A stretch of 64,000 bases of DNA from Candidatus Hydrogenedentota bacterium (GTDB taxonomy: Bacteria > Hydrogenedentota > Hydrogenedentia > Hydrogenedentales > SLHB01). The notes beneath the pieces are model-generated. The model saw only the letters and a list, made by a program, of their open reading frames with translations, did not search any database and had not been told where the DNA came from. Numbering within the stretch: the first letter of the stretch is position 1; the number at the start of each line of letters is the position of its first letter. The position numbers were made by a program, and so were the translations under genes. This document shows positions 54,066 through 64,000 of the stretch, piece by piece. The stretch is from assembly GCA_963668025.2 (NCBI GenBank), contig CAXXTH010000019.1:160001-224000 (forward strand). The letters run 5' to 3'.

Positions 54066-56051
54066 ATGAGAACTGTTCCCATCATCGGATCATTATTCGT
54101 CTTCTGTGCATTGTCTGCCGCTGGCGCGGATGAGCTGGGGTATCGCGATCTGTATCCGGACACCTGGGTGGCCACGGACGCACTCGGCAGAACCATGCCG
54201 GATGATGCAGCCGCAGGGCCAGTCAAAAGTGACCAACGCCGCGTGGTGGGCATCTTCTACATCACCTGGCATAAGCAAACGAGCAAAACGCCCTATTCCG
54301 CTGATGTCACGAAAATTCTGGCGGCAGATCCCAATGCCCGCCTGGACGCCAAGCATCCCTTATGGACGGATAGCAATTATCATTGGGGCGAACCCGAGGC
54401 CGGGTATTTTTTAAGCACGGACGAGTATGTGATCCGCAAAGACATGTCCATGCTCGCCGACGCGGGCGTCGATGTGCTCGTGATGGACGTGACGAATGCC
54501 GTTCTGTACTGGGATGAATGGGAGGTCACATTCACCACCATGCTGAAGATGAAAGCCGAAGGCAATAAAGTGCCGCAATTCTGTTTCTGGGCGTTCAATG
54601 GCCCCGTGATCACCGTCGTCCAAAACCTGTTTGACCGGATTTACAAAGAAGAGAAGTATAAAGACCTTTGGTTCTACTGGGACGGCAAGCCCCTTCTACT
54701 CTATAACAATACACCATCGGTGGATGCGAACGGCAAAGGAATGAAGCACCCCAATCCCCATTATGACCCTGCAGCCAAGATTGATGCGGGCAATCCACAT
54801 TATCAAGATCCGTACTATGCGGAAGAGTTCTATGCGGACTACACGGATGAAGTGAAGAACTTCTTCACGCTACGGAATATGTGGTGGGGATACTACAAGT
54901 GGAACGACAGCCGATTCGTCGGCACGGAAGACAACTGGAGCTTTGGTTATGAGCTTGGTGATAAACGCGTGCGGGAAATGAATCCGAATGATTTGGTCTC
55001 GACACATAATGGCGTTCGGGAAGAAGCGGCGGTCACGCCAGCCCAGCATCCAAACAGCCTCACCGGAAAATCGTGGTCCAGAAAGACGCTCGAACCGGAA
55101 CTCAACGAATACGATCTACCCGTACCCACGTATGTGCCATGGCTCGATAAGGTCGTCGAGCATCCAGAGGGCTACGGCATCTACTTCCAGGAACGCTGGG
55201 ACGAGGCCCTCGCCGCTAATCCACAGTTTGTCTATATCAACGACTGGAACGAGTGGAGCGCCGGTAAATACCAACCCGGCGAAGGCAAGACTACGAAGTT
55301 CATGCGGCGCGAAAGCACCTATTTCTTTGTTGATCAATACAACTCGGAATTCAACCGCTGCATCCACCCCATGAAAGATGGGTATACCGACAATTATTAT
55401 ATGCAAATGGCCCAGAATATTCGGAAATACAAGGGCATCCGGCCTATTCCCGAATTGAAGGGAGTCGCCAAGATTCGTATAGATGGCGAGTTCGCGGACT
55501 GGGCTGGCGTTGATGTGGAATACCGGGACACGACAGGCGACACGGCTTGGCGCGATCATGATGGATACGGCACGGAGCATTACATCAACAAATCCGGACG
55601 TAATGACATTGTCACCTGTAAAGCCGCCCTCGATGCGAAGAACGTGTATTTCTATGCGGAGACAGCAGCCCCGCTCACGCCCTCGACGGATCCCAATTGG
55701 ATGCTGCTCCTTATTGATGCGGATAAGAATCCCGGCACGGGCTGGAATGGATATGATTACCTCGTCAACCAGAAAATCGTGGATGAAAACACCACTACGC
55801 TCATGCGGTATGACGCCAGTTCGCCGGACTCCCCTTGGGTGGAGGTGAAGAAACTGCCGTATCAGTGTGCAGGCAAAGCCGTCGAGCTGAAGATACCCCG
55901 AAAGCTCCTCGGCCTCAGCAGCGGCGCGGTGTCCTTTGATTTTCACTGGGCGGATAATCCCGCCGATCTCAAGGATCCCATCTCGTTCTGCATCAACGGC
56001 GACAGCGCCCCAAACCGGCGCTTCAATTATCGATGTATCTGGAATAAATAG
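54066..56051 (+). CDS. Secreted glycoside-hydrolase-like protein (GH99/GH71-like barrel plus C-terminal beta domain)
   Basis: Signal peptide; YHWGEP.GY, AGVDVL, GKPLL, WNEW and IDGEFADW motifs. Confidence 0.7.
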   Translation: MRTVPIIGSLFVFCALSAAGADELGYRDLYPDTWVATDALGRTMPDDAAAGPVKSDQRRVVGIFYITWHKQTSKTPYSADVTKILAADPNARLDAKHPLWTDSNYHWGEPEAGYFLSTDEYVIRKDMSMLADAGVDVLVMDVTNAVLYWDEWEVTFTTMLKMKAEGNKVPQFCFWAFNGPVITVVQNLFDRIYKEEKYKDLWFYWDGKPLLLYNNTPSVDANGKGMKHPNPHYDPAAKIDAGNPHYQDPYYAEEFYADYTDEVKNFFTLRNMWWGYYKWNDSRFVGTEDNWSFGYELGDKRVREMNPNDLVSTHNGVREEAAVTPAQHPNSLTGKSWSRKTLEPELNEYDLPVPTYVPWLDKVVEHPEGYGIYFQERWDEALAANPQFVYINDWNEWSAGKYQPGEGKTTKFMRRESTYFFVDQYNSEFNRCIHPMKDGYTDNYYMQMAQNIRKYKGIRPIPELKGVAKIRIDGEFADWAGVDVEYRDTTGDTAWRDHDGYGTEHYINKSGRNDIVTCKAALDAKNVYFYAETAAPLTPSTDPNWMLLLIDADKNPGTGWNGYDYLVNQKIVDENTTTLMRYDASSPDSPWVEVKKLPYQCAGKAVELKIPRKLLGLSSGAVSFDFHWADNPADLKDPISFCINGDSAPNRRFNYRCIWNK

Positions 56052-56219
56052 CTGGATTTTTAGACCACTAAATACACTAAATACACTAAAATCTGTAGGG
56101 TGGGGCTTGCCCCACCGTGGAAAAAGACCAGCGAGGGCGCCGGTCCCACACATTGTGATAAAACATGCACGTTATTTTTAGTGAGGCCCGTTTGGGGTGG
56201 CATGATCAGGAGAAGCAGA

Positions 56220-57737
56220 ATGAAATGGAGAATCCTTTTTCTAGCAGCATGCATCACATTTGCAGGCCTATCCGCGCATGCCGCAACCGCAAAGGGCGTC
56301 GTCTTTCATGACGCCAACGGCAACCAAGTGCGCGACGCCGGTGAAGCAGGCATCCCGGATGTCCTCGTCAGCAACGGCGAAAAAGTCGTCAAGACCAACG
56401 CGGAAGGCAAATACCGGCTGCCCGTCGGAAATGACACGATCCTGTTCGTATGCAAGCCCGAAGGATGGATGACGCCTGTGGACGAGAATAACGTTCCACG
56501 GTTCTATTACATCCACAAGCCTAAAGGTTCGCCAGACCTGAAATACAAGGGAGTCGCTCCCACGGGTCCGCTTCCCAAGTCCGTGGATTTTCCCCTAACG
56601 CCCCATCCAGAGCCAGAGCAGTTCACGGCCTTGTTCTTTGGCGATACACAAGTGAAGAATCAGACCGAGGTGGACTACACCTCCCATGACATGCTGGAGG
56701 AACTCGTGGGCGTGAATGCGGCCTTCGGCGTCACACTCGGAGATATCGTTGATGAAGATTTATCCGTGATGGAAGGCATGCGCGACGCCATGGGCCAGAT
56801 AGGCGTGCCATGGTATTACGTGATAGGAAATCACGATGAGAATTTCGATGTCTCGAATGACGCTCTTAGTGATGAAACCTTCGAGCGCCTGTTTGGACCG
56901 GCGAATTACGCCTTTCAATACGGAAAAGTCCATTTCATTGCCCTAGACAATATTGTGTGGACAGGGAAGGATTATCATGGCGGTTTCAATGGGCAGCAGC
57001 TCGCGTTCGTTCAAAACTACTTGGCATATGTGCCCAAAAACGAACGCATCGTCATGATGATGCATATACCCTTATCGGACGTGCCGGATGCGCCGAAGTT
57101 GCTCGCGTTGCTCGATGGACGGCCTTCTTTTACCGCCTCCGCCCATGCGCATCTCCAATTGCATCTGTTTCTAGGCGAAGAGCCTAACGCCCATCATCTA
57201 TGGGTCGCGCCTACGGCCTGCGGCATGTGGTGGAACGGCGCGAAAGACGAGCGCGGCATCCCCCACGCGACCATATGCGATGGAAGCCCGAATGGCTATT
57301 CGTTCGTTTCCTTCAACGGCGCGGATTATGCGATCCGATTCAAGGCATCGTCACGCCCAGCGGACTATCAGATGAACATATACGCACCGGATACGGTCGA
57401 ACGCGACAAGCTAGGTGAAACGCCGCTGCTGGCCAATATATTCGCGGGTTCGAAACGCTCGAAAGTGGAATACCGTTTGGATGGCAAAGGAGATTGGACG
57501 CCCATGGAATGGGTGGAAGGTTTAGCGGATCCAGCTTACGTGCGCATGAAAGAACTCGAACAGAAGATGGATGAATCCATAGGCCATGAGTCATGGGAGC
57601 CATTCCCGAATGTGCGGCATATGTGGCGCGCCAATCTGCCCGGGAATATCGCATCGGGTACGCACTGCATCGAGGTGCGCACCACGGATATGTTCGGGCA
57701 AGTGTTCACGGGATATCGGGTAATGGCGGTCGAATGA
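56220..57737 (+). CDS. Secreted calcineurin-like metallophosphoesterase, paralog 1
   Basis: GDTQ, LGD, GNHD, HIP and HAH motifs. Confidence 0.9.
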   Translation: MKWRILFLAACITFAGLSAHAATAKGVVFHDANGNQVRDAGEAGIPDVLVSNGEKVVKTNAEGKYRLPVGNDTILFVCKPEGWMTPVDENNVPRFYYIHKPKGSPDLKYKGVAPTGPLPKSVDFPLTPHPEPEQFTALFFGDTQVKNQTEVDYTSHDMLEELVGVNAAFGVTLGDIVDEDLSVMEGMRDAMGQIGVPWYYVIGNHDENFDVSNDALSDETFERLFGPANYAFQYGKVHFIALDNIVWTGKDYHGGFNGQQLAFVQNYLAYVPKNERIVMMMHIPLSDVPDAPKLLALLDGRPSFTASAHAHLQLHLFLGEEPNAHHLWVAPTACGMWWNGAKDERGIPHATICDGSPNGYSFVSFNGADYAIRFKASSRPADYQMNIYAPDTVERDKLGETPLLANIFAGSKRSKVEYRLDGKGDWTPMEWVEGLADPAYVRMKELEQKMDESIGHESWEPFPNVRHMWRANLPGNIASGTHCIEVRTTDMFGQVFTGYRVMAVE

Positions 57738-57836
57738 AGTTTGACTCATGAAAAATCAACCAATCCTGATATAACAGGAACTAATGAGTCACATAACTGG
57801 ATGTTTAGTTTCGATGATGCAACCGGGAGTAGCAAA

Positions 57837-59378
57837 ATGAAATGGAGAATCCTTTTTCTAGCAGCATGCATCACATTTGCAGGCCTATCCGCGCATGCCG
57901 CAACCGCAAAGGGCGTCGTCTTTCATGACGCCAACGGCAACCAAGTGCGCGACGTCGGTGAAGCAGGCATTCCGGATGTCCTCGTCAGTAACGGCGAAAA
58001 AGTCGTCAAGACCAACGCGGAAGGCAAATACCGGCTGCCCATCGGAAATGACACGATCCTGTTCGTATGCAAGCCCGAGGGATGGATGACGCCCGTGGAC
58101 GAGAATAACGTGCCCCGGTTCTATTACATCCACAAACCGAAAGGCTCGCCGGACCTGAAATACAAGGGAGTCGCTCCTACAGGCCCGCTTCCCAAGTCCG
58201 TGGATTTTCCGTTGATGCCCCATCCCGAAGCCGCCCAGTTTAAAACCTTGTTTTTTGGCGATACCCAGACACGAAACCAGGAAGAGATAGACTATACCGC
58301 CCACGATATGGTGGAGGAGCTTGTGGGCACGGATGCCGCCTTCGGCGTCACGCTCGGAGATACTGTGTTTAATGACTTGTCCGTAGCGGAACCGCTAATC
58401 TCCGTCATCGGTAAAATCGGCGTGCCGTGGTATCACGTACTGGGAAACCATGATGAAAACTACGATCTCCCAGGCGACATCTACAGCGATGAAACCTTCG
58501 AGCGCTTGTATGGACCAGCCAACTATGCATTCCAATATGGAAAAGTCCACTTCATCGCGCTGGACGATGTGGTGTGGGTCGGGAAAGACAAAGTACATTA
58601 CGTAGGCGGTTTCAACGAGCAGCAGCTCGCGTTTGTTAAAAACTACTTATCCCATACTCCGAAAACCGAGCGCGTGGTGCTGCTGATGCATATCCCGCTG
58701 ACTGAGTTGAAAGACGCCGCTAAACTCATCGATTTGCTCGAAGAACGGCCTGCTTTCACCGCCTCCGCTCACTTTCACCAGCAATTGCATGTGTTCATGG
58801 GAGAGGGGCCGGACGCCCACCATCTCTGGATCGCCCCCACAGCGTGCGGCATGTGGTGGAGCGGAGCGAAAGATGAACGCGGCATCCCCCATGCCACGAT
58901 GGACGATGGCAGCCCGAACGGCTATTCGTTCGTATCTTTCAATGGTGTAGATTATGCCATTACATTCAAGGCCGCGTCGCGTCCAGCGGATTATCAGATG
59001 AACATTTACGCGCCGGATACCATCGAACGCGCCAAGCTGGGTGAAACACCGCTGCTGGCCAATGTGTTTGCTGGCTCGAAACGCTCGAAGGTGGAATTCC
59101 GTTTGGACGGCAATGAGAATTGGATGCCCATGGAATGGGCCGAAAATGTCCAGGATCCAGCCTATGTGCGCATGAAAGAACTCGAACCGAAACTGGACGA
59201 CGCTTTTGGCCTCAAGCTGCCGGAGCCCCTCAATGTTTCTCACATGTGGCGCGCCAATCTGCCTGCGGATATCACACCGGGCACGCATTGCATCGAGGTG
59301 CGCACCACGGACATGTTCGGCCAAGTATTTACTGGCTATCGAGTGATAACCGTCGAAGTAGATAAGGATACAAAATAA
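57837..59378 (+). CDS. Secreted calcineurin-like metallophosphoesterase, paralog 2
   Basis: Same motifs (GDTQ, GNHD, HFH); tandem duplicate. Confidence 0.9.
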   Translation: MKWRILFLAACITFAGLSAHAATAKGVVFHDANGNQVRDVGEAGIPDVLVSNGEKVVKTNAEGKYRLPIGNDTILFVCKPEGWMTPVDENNVPRFYYIHKPKGSPDLKYKGVAPTGPLPKSVDFPLMPHPEAAQFKTLFFGDTQTRNQEEIDYTAHDMVEELVGTDAAFGVTLGDTVFNDLSVAEPLISVIGKIGVPWYHVLGNHDENYDLPGDIYSDETFERLYGPANYAFQYGKVHFIALDDVVWVGKDKVHYVGGFNEQQLAFVKNYLSHTPKTERVVLLMHIPLTELKDAAKLIDLLEERPAFTASAHFHQQLHVFMGEGPDAHHLWIAPTACGMWWSGAKDERGIPHATMDDGSPNGYSFVSFNGVDYAITFKAASRPADYQMNIYAPDTIERAKLGETPLLANVFAGSKRSKVEFRLDGNENWMPMEWAENVQDPAYVRMKELEPKLDDAFGLKLPEPLNVSHMWRANLPADITPGTHCIEVRTTDMFGQVFTGYRVITVEVDKDTK

Positions 59379-59404
59379 AGCGATAACACCCGATAACCGA
59401 AGCC

Positions 59405-59704
59405 TTATTTACTATTCTGGCGGCACTCTTCCATTACTCCAGGCGGGATAAGGCGCAAGGCAAGGATGATCAGGGCCGGTATGATGATCACATCATCCAA
59501 GTGCCCTATAACAGGCAGAAAATCCGGGATGAGGTCAAAAGGCAAGAAAAAATAAAAAAGCGCGGCGGCAAGGAGGATTCGTGCGAGCCAAGGGGTGCCG
59601 GGGTGCCGTATCACCTTTCGATATACTTGAAGCTCGCTACGGATCCTTGCCGCTTGTTGCTTCAATACACGTGATATGCCGCGGCATGTGCGCTTGTACA
59701 TCAT
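59405..59704 (-). CDS. YkvA/DUF1232 membrane protein
   Basis: PFDLIPDFLPVIGHLDD motif. Confidence 0.88.
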   Translation of the reverse strand: MMYKRTCRGISRVLKQQAARIRSELQVYRKVIRHPGTPWLARILLAAALFYFFLPFDLIPDFLPVIGHLDDVIIIPALIILALRLIPPGVMEECRQNSK

Positions 59705-59731
59705 GGATGCTGTTTTTCCGCCGGCATGCTT

Positions 59732-60526
59732 TTATTCGCCGGGCAACAGAACGGACATGTATTCCTCGTGCAACAGGCCATTACTGGCGATCAGATCACA
59801 GGTCGAAGTAAGCGGATATATGGGAGCGCCGTTCACACGGGTGACGGCGCCTCCCGCTTCTTCCACGATGATAAGCCCCGCCGCCAAATCCCACGGTTTC
59901 AACGAGCTGCAGAAATACGCATCTACATCGCCGCTGGCTATCGAGCACAGGCCGATGACCGCCGCGCAATGGCAGCGTATTTGGCCCGCCTTGTGCATCA
60001 AATCATGCGTGGCTCGGACGGTGAATGGGCGCTGGGCCGGGCCGCTAAAGTCGATCTCGACACGCGCCACATCGAGTTTCGCCACATCGGAAACATGGGT
60101 GCGGCGGCCATTGCGGAATGTGCCCTCGCCCCGCGCGGCAATAAATAAATCGTCCGTGACCGGCATCATGACGCCGCCCGCCTGAATGCGGCCTTCCGCC
60201 ATGAAGGCAAGCGAAATGCCAAAGGTGGGATACATGCCGCGCACGAAATTCTGCGTGCCGTCGATGGGGTCCATGATCCAGCACCGGCCGGATTGGTCTT
60301 TCGGCAACACGCCCAACCCTTCTTCTTCTGCGATGAACAGATCGCCCGGAAATGCTGCTGCAATCCGCTCCGCGCCCATGTGTTGCACGGCGAGGTCCAC
60401 CTCGGTCAATTGATCGTTGGGATTCGATTTCGAGCCGACTTGCAGGCCGCTACGGTCCGCGTATTTTGACCGCACGAAAACCGCCAGCTCCCGCAAGAGC
60501 GTTTCGATGAATGCACTTTCTTTCAT
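59732..60526 (-). CDS. Inositol monophosphatase family protein
   Basis: AEE, WIMDPIDGTQNF and WDLAAG...EAGG motifs. Confidence 0.92.
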   Translation of the reverse strand: MKESAFIETLLRELAVFVRSKYADRSGLQVGSKSNPNDQLTEVDLAVQHMGAERIAAAFPGDLFIAEEEGLGVLPKDQSGRCWIMDPIDGTQNFVRGMYPTFGISLAFMAEGRIQAGGVMMPVTDDLFIAARGEGTFRNGRRTHVSDVAKLDVARVEIDFSGPAQRPFTVRATHDLMHKAGQIRCHCAAVIGLCSIASGDVDAYFCSSLKPWDLAAGLIIVEEAGGAVTRVNGAPIYPLTSTCDLIASNGLLHEEYMSVLLPGE

Positions 60527-60712
60527 CGGATACCTTTCTATATAAGGTCTATAGGAATGATGCCAAAATCCCGTGGCATGGGCATTCCGCCTATGCACAT
60601 GGCCGGGACGGCCATGCTACGAAAAATGCCTATCTCTTATCTGGCGCTTCGGGTTTATTCAATATGTATTTTTATATGAAAATCTTGTCTAAAGAAGATC
60701 TCTTCCTAGCGG

Positions 60713-61372
60713 TCATTCTCCGAATCGGATCACTCCGAAGTATTTGGGCTGGTGAAATAACAATTCTTCTCCTATCGGAGACCACGAGGCCCAATGGGGA
60801 TGGCTGCTCTTCTCGGCGCATTTGTAAAAATTCGCGCGCCATTCTTTTCCCGCTGGATCGCCAACCGGCTCAGTATAACGCTCGAGCAACTCAAAAGGAA
60901 CGAAATACGCCACTGTCCATTCGAGAGGCCCGGCGTGCTCTTCCTCCATCGGGCCAGGCAAGGAATGATATACGCGCATGCCCGTGGCGGCTTCACTCGG
61001 AACCGGCTTGAACTTGCGCTGCGCAAAGTCCTCGATGCAATACAATAGCAACGTGCCGATGGCGTTCATCTCGAAATTTAAGTAGTCCTTGTCCGGGCAG
61101 GGCTGGACGAAAAACTCGACGCAGGAGTCCTCGCAGACGGGGCTTTGATATTCCGTGAACGTAGCCCGCACATAGCGATCTTCGACGTAAAACTGGATAT
61201 ACAGCCCTTGCGCATCGTAGAGCATGCGGGCCTGCGCCCGGGGGTGATGCGCGGAGCTTTCGGGATGGAAATGGCTTATAGAGAGGGCTTCCGCATCACG
61301 CCAGCCCGGCCCATTCCAGCCCGCGTCCAGCGCGGGCGGCTCCTCCACACGTCGAACCGTATACGAAAGCAT
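60713..61372 (-). CDS. CBM9-like/DOMON carbohydrate-binding protein
   Basis: EDSCVEFF, YLNFEMN, WRANFYKC and FHQP.YFG motifs. Confidence 0.85.
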   Translation of the reverse strand: MLSYTVRRVEEPPALDAGWNGPGWRDAEALSISHFHPESSAHHPRAQARMLYDAQGLYIQFYVEDRYVRATFTEYQSPVCEDSCVEFFVQPCPDKDYLNFEMNAIGTLLLYCIEDFAQRKFKPVPSEAATGMRVYHSLPGPMEEEHAGPLEWTVAYFVPFELLERYTEPVGDPAGKEWRANFYKCAEKSSHPHWASWSPIGEELLFHQPKYFGVIRFGE

Positions 61373-61456
61373 TCCAGCACTTCCCCCTGCCTTGCGTACA
61401 TGTAAAAACCGGGGGCGGCTGCATTTTGCGCAGCCCGCCCCCGGTTAAGGTTTCGA

Positions 61457-63355
61457 TTACTTTCCGGCCATCTTCTTGATTTTGGCCAGAATGCTGTCGG
61501 GATCAAGGCCTTGAAGCGGGATCTGCTCGGAGATGCCGCCAAGGCCCGGCTTGTGTACGCCGATATGGCTATATTTCGGGGCATAGCCGCTGGACAGCAG
61601 CCATGAACCATACCGCACGCCCAGCCCGTTGATTTCGTTCTGGTCTTCCACCACCAGCACAAACGGCGCGGAACCGGCTTTCGCCAGCATATCCTGGTCG
61701 ATGACGTTCAATGTGGGCTTATTGATCAGGCCGACATCGATGCCTTCCTTGCGCGCGCGTTCGACGGCGTCAAGGGCGCGGTACAGCATGTCGCCAAACG
61801 CCACCACATAACCGGCCTTGCCTTCGCGGATGACCTCATCCTTGCCGGGGACGAATTTGTAGCAGTCGCCGTAGAATTTCGTGCCGTCTTCCTTGAGGAT
61901 GAACGGGGTCTTCGAGCGGTTCGTGAAGACATACCGGACGCCTTCATCCTTCCAGATGGTTTCGACGAGCGATTTCAATTGAAGCGCGTCCGCGGCGAAA
62001 TACATGCGGGTCTTGTCGCCTTCTTTCAAGGCCGAATCCGCCAGGAACAGGTTGATGCCGAAGTGGCAGGTGTTATCCGCCATCTCGTCCACGCCCGCGT
62101 GGGAGAAGTGGCAAATCACGTTGGCGTCATTCAAGCGCGCCATCGTGGCTTCCGAGATGATCATCTCGAGAAATGCCGAGAACGTGCTGAAAATGCCTTG
62201 CTTGCCCTTCGCGAAACCGAAGCCCGCCGCCGCGCTGAAATTACCGCGCTCCTGGACGCCGCCATTGATGCAGACTTCCGGGTGGGCTTTCATGATATTG
62301 TTGAGGCCCGTCGAACCGGCCAGGTCGGAATCGACCACCAGCAAGCTTGCGATACGCTCTTCCTTGCTCATGCCATCGAGAATGCCATTGACGATATTAC
62401 CGAACTCGGAACGGTTGGCCGCCATCTCCGGCGTCGAGCCTTGGAAGGAGACCGAGGTCTTGTCCACCTTGACGTTGTTCAAGAACTCGACGGCTTCCGT
62501 ATAGCCTTTGGCCGTCAGATAGTCGATGGCGAATTCTTTCTTAATGACATCATGGCCCGAATTTTTACCTTCGATGCCCGGCACGCCCGGAGCCATAAGG
62601 CGGTGGTTCACCACCGCCACCGGGCCCGAAACCGTCATGGCCTTCTGCATGCGGGTGAACAACGCATCCCAATCCTCGCCCTCGCCCGCATCCACGGTGA
62701 GGCCATGGCCCGCAAGGGTCTTCGCGATGTCGTAACCGGGGAGATAATCCTTCGGATGCCCGGAGATCGTCACGTTGTTATCGTCGATAACGAGCTTGAT
62801 GTTGATGTTCTGGGCGACCGCCAAACGCGCGGCTTCCGCATCATCGCCTTCCATCTGCGAGCCATCGCTGCCAAACAGGAACACGGTCATATCCGGATTG
62901 GCCTTCGCGACGCCGTTGACGAACGGCCACAAGTGGCCCAGGCGGCCCGAGCTGAACTTCACGCCCATCTTCGGGTCATATTCCGGATGGCCGAACAGGC
63001 CATGGCCATATTCCCGGTAATGGAGCAATTTCTCGAACGGCAACTCGCCATTAAAGGCCATCATGGCGTATTGAATCGCCACACGGTGCCCGGCTTCATC
63101 AAAAAACGCTGGGTACACGGACTTGCTGCCGTGCATAAACCCATCGGCGATACACACTTCCGGGACAATGCAATACGCGCCGCCCGTGTGGCCCGCCAAC
63201 CCTTTGATCCCGGCGATAGCCGTAAAAAAGACGAGGGTGTCACGCACGATTTGGATATTCGTGTGCAGTTGCGCCTTATCTTCCGCCGACAATACTGCCT
63301 TTGCCGGGTCCAGCGCCAGCGTCTTGTACTTGCTCACGTCAATTGGAAAACTCAT
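61457..63355 (-). CDS. Transketolase-like ThDP-dependent enzyme
   Basis: GHTGG, GHPE, SSGRLG, ThDP motif SDGSQMEG...DDN, DSDL and GVQE. Confidence 0.85.
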   Translation of the reverse strand: MSFPIDVSKYKTLALDPAKAVLSAEDKAQLHTNIQIVRDTLVFFTAIAGIKGLAGHTGGAYCIVPEVCIADGFMHGSKSVYPAFFDEAGHRVAIQYAMMAFNGELPFEKLLHYREYGHGLFGHPEYDPKMGVKFSSGRLGHLWPFVNGVAKANPDMTVFLFGSDGSQMEGDDAEAARLAVAQNINIKLVIDDNNVTISGHPKDYLPGYDIAKTLAGHGLTVDAGEGEDWDALFTRMQKAMTVSGPVAVVNHRLMAPGVPGIEGKNSGHDVIKKEFAIDYLTAKGYTEAVEFLNNVKVDKTSVSFQGSTPEMAANRSEFGNIVNGILDGMSKEERIASLLVVDSDLAGSTGLNNIMKAHPEVCINGGVQERGNFSAAAGFGFAKGKQGIFSTFSAFLEMIISEATMARLNDANVICHFSHAGVDEMADNTCHFGINLFLADSALKEGDKTRMYFAADALQLKSLVETIWKDEGVRYVFTNRSKTPFILKEDGTKFYGDCYKFVPGKDEVIREGKAGYVVAFGDMLYRALDAVERARKEGIDVGLINKPTLNVIDQDMLAKAGSAPFVLVVEDQNEINGLGVRYGSWLLSSGYAPKYSHIGVHKPGLGGISEQIPLQGLDPDSILAKIKKMAGK

Positions 63356-63556
63356 GGTTCAATTCCCCTTATGGCCGAATGGTTTTGGACTGGGCTTACA
63401 GGCAGCCCTGCCTGCGGTTTTGCCTTTGGACGCAAAGGCCAAGGAAGTATAACAAACTTCCTCGTAGAATTTCCTCTTGCGCGAAGAATGATGCAGGGCT
63501 TACGCATCTAATAGTGCTCAAGAGTCGATTTATCCTGTTGTGCATGATTTTTTCTG

Positions 63557-63856
63557 TCAACGTGGCCTGGGATTTTTCGCTTGGGGGAAGGTCTTTGCGC
63601 GCTCACGGCGGGTTTGCTTGACGACTTCGTCCACGTAGCGTTCAGCCAGCTTCATGAAAGCCTGGTAGCCATTGATGGCCTCTTTTAGGAACTCGGTTTC
63701 GCGCGCCGGCACATAGCGAACCACGTTCTTCTCGTTCTCCCAGCTCTGGTGGTTAAAGTGGGGACGCCCGCCCATTTGACAGAGCTTTCCGCGCTCCATC
63801 CGCTCAATCTGCGCCATGCGCTCCAGCAATGCTTGCATCTTTTTGGTGTGCTTCAT
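63557..63856 (-). CDS. Small IS-associated accessory protein (DUF6788-like)
   Basis: MERGKLC...SWENEKNVVRYVP...AINGY; promoter-like TTGACT-18-TATATT. Confidence 0.7.
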   Translation of the reverse strand: MKHTKKMQALLERMAQIERMERGKLCQMGGRPHFNHQSWENEKNVVRYVPARETEFLKEAINGYQAFMKLAERYVDEVVKQTRRERAKTFPQAKNPRPR

Positions 63857-63927
63857 GGATTTTAATATATAGAATTCTATATACTAGAGTCAACAGTGCT
63901 TCGGCGCATGAATGAAAGGAGCACCCC

Positions 63928-64000
63928 ATGACCGCTGAAAAGAAATCCCTGCCCAAGCCCAAGCCTATTATCGAGTGTTTCGCGGGCCTGCCTGATCCCC
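63928..64000 (+). CDS. ISAs1-family transposase, N-terminus only
   Basis: SD AAGGAG; MTAEKKSLPKPKPIIECFAGLPDP resembles the ISAs1 FxxLxDPR start. Confidence 0.65.
   Translation, partial: MTAEKKSLPKPKPIIECFAGLPDP

Larger units (their letters stand above)
63494..64000 (+). mobile_element. Left end of an ISAs1-family element (truncated by window edge)
   Basis: End CAGGGCTTACGCATCTAA; divergent small ORF; transposase N-terminus. Confidence 0.7.

Noticed and set aside
63395-63445. c-di-GMP-I riboswitch (GGACGCAAAG)
   Set aside because: The upstream GGCAAAC/GAAA stem and downstream P2 are absent, and the orientation is opposite to the transketolase gene

Overview
This is a GC-rich bacterial chromosomal window, tentatively resembling Ca. 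Hydrogenedentota/PVC-like anaerobes. Housekeeping and metabolic genes include uvrA, a hoxFUYHW NAD-linked [NiFe]-hydrogenase operon with a Rex-like box, a hybrid PAS kinase, alpha-2-macroglobulin plus pbpC, an MCP, a transketolase-like enzyme and tandem metallophosphoesterases. They are interspersed with many mobile elements: ISKra4, IS630 nested in an IS701-like element, an internally deleted group II intron, IS1634, an ISAs1 end and remnants, and REP-like repeats. Several AT-rich cassettes are also present. The most notable is a translationally coupled two-gene module at 32216-34881: a class I SAM-dependent methyltransferase-like gene followed by a non-retron, non-intron reverse transcriptase (YVDD, long helical C-terminus, UG/Abi-like). 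It has hairpin-rich non-coding flanks and is a candidate uncharacterised RT-methyltransferase anti-phage system. Other oddities are a HoxW protease fused in frame to a receiver domain, a degenerate radical-SAM/GT2 fusion, a cassette bounded by a 37-bp duplication of a gene 3' end, and two homopolymer frameshifts. All calls come from reading motifs by eye; no database searches were run.
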